Assembly (NCBI GenBank): GCA_025060275.1
Contig: JANXCJ010000002.1
Location: 1 to 33,007 of the forward strand
Reading direction: 5' to 3'
DNA from: Bacteroidia bacterium
GTDB taxonomy: Bacteria; Bacteroidota; Bacteroidia; SpSt-205
DNA length: 33,007 bases
Part shown: piece after piece, positions 26,443 through 33,007 of the stretch
Numbering within the stretch: position 1 is the first letter of the stretch
Layout: each line of letters opens with the position of its first letter
Made by a program: the position numbers and the translations under genes
The notes under the pieces: generated by a model
What the model saw: only the letters and a program-made list of their open reading frames with translations
Told to the model about the DNA's origin: nothing
Databases searched by the model: none

Positions 26443-29400
26443 TTAGTTCGTTTTATAAACTTTTATTGTCCATGAACCAACTCGTAGAAAATAGATGCCT
26501 GCAGCAAGCTCAGAACCTATGAACTTGTGAATTCCCTGAGGAAGTTCTCCTTGCCACATTAATCTCCCATAGCCGTCATGAAGAGCTAAGTGATAGGTAC
26601 GGGGTAAAAGTATATAAAGCACCTCTGTAAAAGGATTAGGTCCTATGCGAATACCTTCTTGGCTAAATTCGTCTAAGGCAGAGGGGTTAGGCAGCTTAAT
26701 GACGGCATCTGGCTTGGTTAGGGTATCGTAGCAGCCGTAAAGATTGGAAACGATAAGGGTAACTGTGTATCGTCCTGGATTAGTATAGTAATATTCAGGA
26801 TTGGGTAGGTTAGAGGAGGCGTTGGGGTTGTTTGGGTCTCCAAAGAGCCATAACCAGCTTGTAGCCCCTTGGGCTTGCGAGACAAAGTAGGCGGTATCTG
26901 CCTCATATAAAATTGGTGGGAATACCGAAAAATCTGCTATGGGAGTGGGATAGACTATAACTTGTCGCTGCATAGTTGCAGTATCATTCCCACTTGCAGA
27001 AAGAGCATACAGCGTTACTGTATATTCTCCAGAAAAGGTATAAGTGTGAGTAGGGTCGGTCTGAGTGCTGCGGGGGCTCCCATCTCCGAAGTCCCAAATG
27101 TAAGCACTTGCATATGTGCTCTGGTTAGTGAAGCTCACTGTGAGGGGTGGACAACCTTGAAGGGGTGTTGCTGTGAAGTTGGCAAGGGGAAGGTGGCGGA
27201 TGACTAATGTGGTTTCACAGGCTGCGGTATTGCTGCTGATGCATCCCCTTGCATCTATGACTGTCAGGCGGAGTTGATAGGTGCCTGCGTTTGGGTAGAG
27301 GATTGTGACGGGATTGCCTGTTGCTCCTCTTCCGTCTCCTAAATCCCAATAATAGGTGTATGGAGGGGTACCGCCTATCGCAGTAGCAGAGAGGGTTATG
27401 AGTCCTCCTGGCACGAGGTTACCCGAGATGTTAAAGCACCCGACGGCTAAGGGCTGGATTTGTGGGCGAGGATGTACTGTAAGGGTTATGAGGTTGGAGG
27501 ATATAGGCTGTCCTCGTACGCAAGGAGTATTACCGATTGCGATAGCTTGAATTTGATCGCCTGCCTGAGGGTTTGTGTGAGTGAATAGAGTTCCCGTGCC
27601 TACAGGTGTATTACCTACATACCAAGTAATGGTAGGATTAGGCGCAAAGTATTGAAGCTGTGCTATAAAGGTGATAGGAGATCCTTCGCAAACTTCGTTG
27701 GAGCCATTTAGGGGCTGAATGGATAGAGTGGGAGCGGGAATAGAAAGAACGGTGAGAGTGTCTCTATAGGGGTCCGACCACCCACAGCAGGGAGAATAGG
27801 TTTGATGCTGTATCACGTAGGTACCGGGAGTATTGAAGGTAAGTTGGACGCTTTGTTGAGTGGGCCCTGAAATAGGAGGATGAGCTCCTCCAAAATCCCA
27901 CGAGTAGTCCTGAGCATTAGATAGGCTGCTTGTAAAAGTAACCTGCCCTCCCAAGCAGATTGTATCTTGGGTTTGGGTAAAAGTAGGATTAGTACTGCTT
28001 CCATCATCATGGATATCTAAATATTCATAGTAAGTGTAAGTCTGCCCATTAGCTATGAGAGAGAGACTTTTGCGTCCCATGGTTGTATAGCGGGTAGTTA
28101 CGGTATCACCTATGGCGGTGGGAGGGGTACTTCCTGGTCCGAAAAACCACACAAGGTACCCTGTAGCATCCGTCCAGAGGCGAACGGTGCGTTCGGTACA
28201 TCCTGTATAGCGTATGTATATTTTAGGTTCGTCGGGGAGGCGAAAAGTTGCCTGTGTAGGAGCTATACTGCTGGGAGAGATGTAGATGTCTTGTGCTAAA
28301 CCCGAGACGCCTGGACCTCCATTTCCTCCATTACCTCCATTTCCACCTGCGCCTCCATTTCCACCGTAGCCGATGTCGCAAGCATTGGGTTGTCCTGAAC
28401 ACCCACGAGCTCCACCACATCCACCTGCACCGCCTATACCGCCTATGCCGCCAAGACCGCCGGGGGCCCCTGCACCCGGTAAGCTGGATTCAGCCGTAAC
28501 ATCTACTAAAAGGGCATTCGGCCCATTGTCCCATAGATATGTACCGAAAGAGCCTCCGCCGCCTCCACCGCCTTGTCCTCCTTTGCCACCCTCACCACCT
28601 TCACCACCGCCGCCTCCTCCTGCCCCAGCACCATTTGTGTTAGATGGAAAGCAAATAAGGTTACCCTGGCTTCCACCACCGCCGCCTCCCCCTCCGCCTG
28701 AGCCATGTTGTCCATCTTCTCCATTTTGCCCATCACCTGGACGGAAAAATCCCGCTGTGTGTGATGGTACTCCGGGCGCACCCATTGCCCCCGGCGCTCC
28801 ATTTTGACCAGGTTCTCCATCAGCTCCGTTCTGTCCAGGAAAGTTGTCACATCCTAAAGAGATAAGAGTAGAGTTACCTGTACCTCCTGCGCCACCATTT
28901 CCACCAGCGGGGGCGAAAGGCTGAGCAGAAGTAGGGTTTCCTGCACTGCCGGGGGCTCCTGTGAAGGCTTGCCCTCCTGGTCCACATGTGCCCCTTTGAC
29001 CTCCATCTCCCCCTCTCCCGCCTGCCACGAGGCCTCCAGACCAACTACTTCCACCACTGCCCCCACTTCTGCAGCAGCCGCCATCTTCATCTCCCTGCTC
29101 TCCAATTTGACCAGCTGCGCCGTTACGGCCTGCTGCCCCGTTAGCTCCGGGGGCTCCATCTGCACCGGCGCCTGCATAAAAGCTGCAACGATTAATTACA
29201 TAATTACTACATCCATTTAGATATAGGGCGTAAGTAGTAGTCCCTGCGCCAAGGGCTGTAGCATCCTCCACATAAACCTCTAAATCCTGAATTCGGAAGC
29301 CTGTTACACTAATACCTTCTATGGCTACCAGACGGTTTGGGTTGGATTGAGGATTCACAGCAGCGCGTAAAATAATAGTAGGATAAAGATTGGTCTTTAG

Positions 29401-29667
29401 CCACCCTTGACTGGGATCAAATCCCCCTTCTAACTCTAAATCGTTATGCAGAGGAAGAGGATGATTCAAGGTGTAAATGCCATAGCTGAGGTAGATTCTG
29501 CGAATTGTAGGAGTGAGAAGGTTTGTGACTGCATAGTTGAGTTCAGCAGGATTTGATCGGGTGCCTACCCCTGGACCTGTTGTACCATTTGGAGACACGA
29601 AGATAATGTCGCATTCTTGTGCCCACAGGAAGCCTAATCCTATTAGCCCCCGGAGAAAAAAGTGCAT
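26443..29667 (-). CDS. giant secreted glycine-rich PKD-repeat protein with T9SS type A C-terminal sorting domain (paralog A)
   Basis: Signal peptide MHFFLRGLIGLGFLWA-QE. The N-terminal domain and Gly-rich module are colinear with paralog B, followed by PKD/Ig units (WDFGDG, WDLGDG). The C-terminus is GPNPFTEVLYILLP...AAGIYFLRVGSWTIKVYKTN. I chose ATG 29667 (a -7 box lies 4 nt upstream); the ORF track opens at TTG 29682. Confidence 0.9.
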   Translation of the reverse strand: MHFFLRGLIGLGFLWAQECDIIFVSPNGTTGPGVGTRSNPAELNYAVTNLLTPTIRRIYLSYGIYTLNHPLPLHNDLELEGGFDPSQGWLKTNLYPTIILRAAVNPQSNPNRLVAIEGISVTGFRIQDLEVYVEDATALGAGTTTYALYLNGCSNYVINRCSFYAGAGADGAPGANGAAGRNGAAGQIGEQGDEDGGCCRSGGSGGSSWSGGLVAGGRGGDGGQRGTCGPGGQAFTGAPGSAGNPTSAQPFAPAGGNGGAGGTGNSTLISLGCDNFPGQNGADGEPGQNGAPGAMGAPGVPSHTAGFFRPGDGQNGEDGQHGSGGGGGGGGGSQGNLICFPSNTNGAGAGGGGGGEGGEGGKGGQGGGGGGGSFGTYLWDNGPNALLVDVTAESSLPGAGAPGGLGGIGGIGGAGGCGGARGCSGQPNACDIGYGGNGGAGGNGGNGGNGGPGVSGLAQDIYISPSSIAPTQATFRLPDEPKIYIRYTGCTERTVRLWTDATGYLVWFFGPGSTPPTAIGDTVTTRYTTMGRKSLSLIANGQTYTYYEYLDIHDDGSSTNPTFTQTQDTICLGGQVTFTSSLSNAQDYSWDFGGAHPPISGPTQQSVQLTFNTPGTYVIQHQTYSPCCGWSDPYRDTLTVLSIPAPTLSIQPLNGSNEVCEGSPITFIAQLQYFAPNPTITWYVGNTPVGTGTLFTHTNPQAGDQIQAIAIGNTPCVRGQPISSNLITLTVHPRPQIQPLAVGCFNISGNLVPGGLITLSATAIGGTPPYTYYWDLGDGRGATGNPVTILYPNAGTYQLRLTVIDARGCISSNTAACETTLVIRHLPLANFTATPLQGCPPLTVSFTNQSTYASAYIWDFGDGSPRSTQTDPTHTYTFSGEYTVTLYALSASGNDTATMQRQVIVYPTPIADFSVFPPILYEADTAYFVSQAQGATSWLWLFGDPNNPNASSNLPNPEYYYTNPGRYTVTLIVSNLYGCYDTLTKPDAVIKLPNPSALDEFSQEGIRIGPNPFTEVLYILLPRTYHLALHDGYGRLMWQGELPQGIHKFIGSELAAGIYFLRVGSWTIKVYKTN
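26446..26658 (-). other. region encoding a T9SS type A CTD (Por secretion tail, TIGR04183-like)
   Basis: The PNPF...GIYFLRV...KV.K pattern within the last roughly 70 aa. Confidence 0.8.
26659..28296 (-). repeat. array of PKD / Ig-like domains in paralog A (about five or six units)
   Basis: YSWDFGG, YYWDLGDG, YIWDFGDG and WLWLFGD cores. One Ig-like unit, VCEGSPITFIA...TLTVHPRP, is colinear with paralog B. A shared CCGWS motif precedes it. Confidence 0.75.
28297..29175 (-). other. glycine-rich module of paralog A
   Basis: Nine consecutive GXY triplets (GADGAPGANGAAGRNGAAGQIGEQGDE) and eight more (GQNGADGEPGQNGAPGAMGAPGVP). Also HGSGGGGGGGGGS and GGGGGGEGGEGGKGGQGGGGGGGSFGTYLWDNG. Confidence 0.8.
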
Positions 29668-29671
29668 AGGG

Positions 29672-29679
29672 CAAATATA
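29672..29679 (-). promoter_or_regulatory. -7 promoter box TATATTTG, 4 nt upstream of ATG 29667 of paralog A
   Basis: Minus strand reads TAATAATTGTATATTTGCCCTATG. The box lies within the 18-nt spacer after the AsmA-like stop codon. Confidence 0.45.
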
Positions 29680-29685
29680 CAATTA

Positions 29686-32616
29686 TTATATAGTGCCTAT
29701 AAGAACGGGATGCGGCTCAGCTAAGCGCAAAAAGAGAAGCCTTCGTACGAGGTATCGCCAGGGGTAGTACCAACGAAGGCCTTTGTGGGACTTCTCCACA
29801 TAGACTAGGAGGAGGCTTCTATCTAAGAATTCCTCTATCTGTTCTTCCAATGCTTCTAATGAAGGGTATCGCTGAGCTTTTCGGGACAGACGTGCTCCCT
29901 GAATACGGTATAAAAAACGATCCATAGGAATGTGATGAAAGCCTGTAACCTGAAGAGCGCCTACTCGTGTCATGAGGAGAGCATCAGTTATTCTCAAGAA
30001 GCCATCTGAAAAACTCAATTCAGGTATTTCTGCTATGAAGTCCAAAGTATCCTTATATGCTGCAAGGTAGTAAGGGCGAAACCAGCGTAGAAAGCGAGGT
30101 GTCCTCAATAAACCATTTCTGATGCATCCTTTTGTCCATATAGAGCTTTGCTCATGCCATTCCACAGTCGGAGTAAAACGCAGGACTGCTTGTGCTTCAC
30201 CCGAAAAAGTGCCTTGAAGACCTACTTGTCTAAGGGTTTCTAGGGTGTCTAAGTGCATATCCCTTAGGAAAGGTGCTAGGGGTACTTCTTTTATGCTCAA
30301 GCGTCCGTTGAGCATGTAGCAAGTAGAGTCCGTGCCGTCCAGGAAGCCTTTACCCTCTGCGATTGCACCTCGGTATCTGAGATTTAGGGTGTCTATCTCA
30401 ATGAGCCCTCGCTGAAGGTGAGCATAAATTTTACCCTCTTCCACTGGGATTCCATATAAATCAACTTCTTGCATTTGAGCTTGTAGATTAAGTTCCATTT
30501 GTCTGGGCAGATACACCCGTCGGCGGACCTGCCCCCCCTCTACATAGCGCCAGAAATTGCTCAGAGCGATTCCGCTGGCTGTCACCAGCAGGTTGCCCCT
30601 GAGATGCTGCCAATCTGTATAGAGATAGCCCAGTGTTCCTTGTAATTGTGCGTTTGCATTGATGTAGGCTTTTCCTATCTGGGCTTCCAAAGTGTCTATG
30701 CAAGTGAGAGAGGGATTATACCAAAGTCGTAAGGAAAGCCTATCTAAGTGAAGTCCTAACTTGGGAAAATAGCCCCTTACATCGGCGAGAGTGGCTTCCC
30801 CTTCTGTAGGATTATCCCAGCGGAATAGGGTATCCCATGCTCCCTCTGCACAGAATCTTGCCCTCAGCCATCCTTGACTCACATATATCCCATAAAGAGG
30901 GAGTACCTGCCATAACCAAGATAGCCCTATGCATGTATTTACTTCTACATTCGCTCCTTCTGGATAAAGAACGCCGTGAAGCGTGGCAAACCCATGTCCG
31001 GGCACCTCAGCCTTCAAATTCCGTAGCCATAAGTGTTTGTCTGATAGGGTTAGCCACCCACTGCCCTGAATCAGTACCTCATTCCATCTTCCCACACCAC
31101 TCACTTCTATTGAATCTCCGAGCCAAGAAACTGTAACATAGCCCTGAGAAGCATTTAGAAATAAATCACCCCTGCGTAGGGGTAGATGGCTATATAACTT
31201 TACATCTGCAGTTTCACGGAGAAAAGGTAACCATAAGCGCCCCTCTCCTATGAGAGCACCTTTGTGCTTTTTCATGGTTATGTGCTCCATCTGGGCTGTA
31301 CCATCCCATACTAACTTTCTACACTGAATACTGATAGATATGTCTTGCTGGTGCCTTTTTGTTAGTAAGGTCTGATAAGGCTGGAAAGCTTCTAAAAGGG
31401 ATGTCAAACGAGTGCTATCCATCTCCAACACTAAGCCTTTTGAAGTATTCCATATGCCCCATATGGCTATTTTGCCGAGTTGAGCCCTTGCCCTCAGGTC
31501 TTCTCTTCCTTCTCTCCATATCCATATAGTGTCTGCATTGCGAATTATAAGCCTAAAGTAACCCTGTTGCTCAGTCCAATGGAAATATCCCTCTATGCTC
31601 CAGGGTAACTTCTCATACTCTCCGCCTCCCCACACAAGAAGAGACTCTGGGGCTCCGCTCATGTACAGCTTTCCTAGTCCATGCCAGCCTATAATGCCGT
31701 TTATGCGGTAAATGCGCGATCCATCTCCATAGAGAGAGAACTCATGGTTACCTTTTGAATGACTTCCTGATATCTTTACATTATAGGTAGAGCCACTGAC
31801 TTTTCCGCGGAGGCTCATACTACCTACTTGGGGAAGGTTAGCCCACATGGATAAAAGGTGGTTAGCCCAAAGAGAATCCAACCGGAGATCAAAATAGCCC
31901 CAGAGGCGTTCCCACCCAGTAATATCACCCGAAAAGATAACTTGATTGTATGCAGAGTATAAGGATAGGGTAATCTCTCTCCAATTGTCCGTCTTTTTCC
32001 AATACGCCCCCTTATCTACACATAAGTTTATAGAGTTTGGTAAAGACTGTTTTTGCCCTTTTATGCATACTTCATTCACCATTAGCGAAGCATGCAGGGA
32101 AGAAAGCTTTATTTGAAGACTCTCTATCTCTAATCTTCCTGAGGCATGAAGTATATGTAAGGCAAGGAATACGCCAGGAGGAAAATTTTCTAGCCATAAT
32201 TCAAGAGAATCTACTTCCATATCTACTTGTTGGGGGGGAGGGTTAGTACGCCGGCGAGGGAAAAAGCGGAAGTTTTTTTGTCCTTTACCGAGTCTTATGA
32301 GGTGCAAACGCATGCCTTGAAATTTGACTCTCTCTATTTTTTCACCCTTTCCGCTGAGAAAAACTTGCCGAATGAGCCCCACCTTTTGTGTGTCTAATAG
32401 AAGAGTGCTTCCTACTCGCACTTCCTTCAGAGAAAGGTACCATCTCTGACTTAAGGGGTTCCAGGAGAAAGCCATTATTTCTCCTATCTCTACTTGAGCT
32501 CCTACTAAATAGGTTAGAATGTGCTCTATCAGGGTATGTCCTAATCTTTCCTTTCCATACCAAACGATTCCACCCACTCCGCTACCCAAAGCCAGGGCTA
32601 CTAAATACTTCCGCAT
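29686..32616 (-). CDS. AsmA/TamB-like large membrane-anchored protein
   Basis: 976 aa with a single N-terminal TM anchor (YLVALALGSGVGGIVWY), followed by a long, beta-rich, motif-poor body as in AsmA-family proteins. The family assignment rests on architecture only and is tentative. Confidence 0.4.
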   Translation of the reverse strand: MRKYLVALALGSGVGGIVWYGKERLGHTLIEHILTYLVGAQVEIGEIMAFSWNPLSQRWYLSLKEVRVGSTLLLDTQKVGLIRQVFLSGKGEKIERVKFQGMRLHLIRLGKGQKNFRFFPRRRTNPPPQQVDMEVDSLELWLENFPPGVFLALHILHASGRLEIESLQIKLSSLHASLMVNEVCIKGQKQSLPNSINLCVDKGAYWKKTDNWREITLSLYSAYNQVIFSGDITGWERLWGYFDLRLDSLWANHLLSMWANLPQVGSMSLRGKVSGSTYNVKISGSHSKGNHEFSLYGDGSRIYRINGIIGWHGLGKLYMSGAPESLLVWGGGEYEKLPWSIEGYFHWTEQQGYFRLIIRNADTIWIWREGREDLRARAQLGKIAIWGIWNTSKGLVLEMDSTRLTSLLEAFQPYQTLLTKRHQQDISISIQCRKLVWDGTAQMEHITMKKHKGALIGEGRLWLPFLRETADVKLYSHLPLRRGDLFLNASQGYVTVSWLGDSIEVSGVGRWNEVLIQGSGWLTLSDKHLWLRNLKAEVPGHGFATLHGVLYPEGANVEVNTCIGLSWLWQVLPLYGIYVSQGWLRARFCAEGAWDTLFRWDNPTEGEATLADVRGYFPKLGLHLDRLSLRLWYNPSLTCIDTLEAQIGKAYINANAQLQGTLGYLYTDWQHLRGNLLVTASGIALSNFWRYVEGGQVRRRVYLPRQMELNLQAQMQEVDLYGIPVEEGKIYAHLQRGLIEIDTLNLRYRGAIAEGKGFLDGTDSTCYMLNGRLSIKEVPLAPFLRDMHLDTLETLRQVGLQGTFSGEAQAVLRFTPTVEWHEQSSIWTKGCIRNGLLRTPRFLRWFRPYYLAAYKDTLDFIAEIPELSFSDGFLRITDALLMTRVGALQVTGFHHIPMDRFLYRIQGARLSRKAQRYPSLEALEEQIEEFLDRSLLLVYVEKSHKGLRWYYPWRYLVRRLLFLRLAEPHPVLIGTI

Positions 32617-32624
32617 ATATCCAT

Positions 32625-32632
32625 TACCTTTG
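32625..32632 (+). promoter_or_regulatory. -7 promoter box TACCTTTG, 7 nt upstream of ATG 32640
   Basis: Plus strand reads TACCTTTGttagtctATG. It lies inside a divergent intergenic region of only 23 nt. Confidence 0.45.
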
Positions 32633-32639
32633 TTAGTCT

Positions 32640-32954
32640 ATGGCACAAGAAAACCCTCCAGGGGCTAATGTACTGAACATAGAGCTTACAGATGAAGTGG
32701 CAGAGGGTATTTATTCAAATTTGGCAATAATTTCCCACACTCCTACGGAGTTCGTGGTGGATTTCCTACAGGTACTGCCGGGGCTGCCGAAGGCGAAGGT
32801 ACGCGCCCGCATAATCCTTTCTCCTTATCACTATAAGCGTCTACTTATTGCTATGCAAGACAACCTCGCCAAGTACGAAAGTCGTGTTGGGGAAATTACT
32901 GTTCAGGATGAATGTCTTCCGCCCGTCGCTCAGGGGGGTCCAGGGTTTGCTTAG
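32640..32954 (+). CDS. DUF3467 family protein
   Basis: NIELTDEVAEGIYSNLAIISHTPTEFVVDFLQVLPGLPKAKVRARIILSPYHYKRLL.AMQDNLAKYE matches my memory of the DUF3467 consensus closely. 104 aa. Confidence 0.8.
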   Translation: MAQENPPGANVLNIELTDEVAEGIYSNLAIISHTPTEFVVDFLQVLPGLPKAKVRARIILSPYHYKRLLIAMQDNLAKYESRVGEITVQDECLPPVAQGGPGFA

Positions 32955-33007
32955 TTTGCAACCAAAAAAACCTCAAAGTAAGAAAGACCGCTTGCCCCCC
33001 GTTGAAA

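Noticed and set aside
28297-29175. Classical collagen triple helix (Scl/BclA-like) assignment for the GXY runs
   Set aside because: The runs are only 7-9 triplets, are interrupted by non-GXY segments, and lack an obvious trimerisation domain. I report them as collagen-like motifs within a novel module rather than calling a collagen domain.
1-33007. CRISPR arrays, transposases/IS elements, integrases, toxin-antitoxin or defence-island genes
   Set aside because: No direct-repeat/spacer periodicity is visible. No ORF carries DDE, tyrosine or serine recombinase, nuclease-NTPase or other defence-type signatures. All sizeable ORFs are accounted for by housekeeping or envelope functions.

Overview
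This window looks like a compact chromosomal segment of a Bacteroidota genome. The evidence is T9SS type A and type B C-terminal sorting domains, a PorQ-like gene, DUF3098 and DUF3467 genes, Gln at the predicted +1 after signal cleavage, and TAnnTTTG promoter boxes. About 30 tightly packed genes are mostly housekeeping: cmk, ispH, dprA, ftsX, uppP, truB, ribF, argS, queA, pyrC, rdgB, yciH and nupC. The accessory part is 19.9-32.6 kb. There a lipoprotein-type Omp85 (TamL/BamA-like) gene converges on a minus-strand array. The array is an AsmA/TamB-like membrane-anchored protein followed by two tandem paralogous giant secreted proteins (1074 and 1306 aa). Each giant protein has a conserved N-terminal domain, a roughly 300-340 aa extremely glycine-rich module (short collagen-like GXY runs, Gly9 tracts, conserved Cys), and PKD/Ig arrays. 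One ends in a type A T9SS CTD and the other in a type B CTD. The second main observation concerns promoters. A perfect Bacteroidetes -7 box (TAnnTTTG) lies only 4-8 nt upstream of the start codon at nine transcription-unit heads, plus one near match. This implies leaderless or near-leaderless mRNAs as the default. The same rule points to an unannotated 56-aa basic ORF and revises several start codons. Smaller items are a catalytically degenerate PurE-like protein heading an mqnB operon and a decayed DtxR/MntR-type regulator remnant in the only large gap. I saw no tRNA, rRNA, CRISPR array, transposase or obvious intrinsic terminator. All calls come from reading translations and motifs by eye; no database search was possible.
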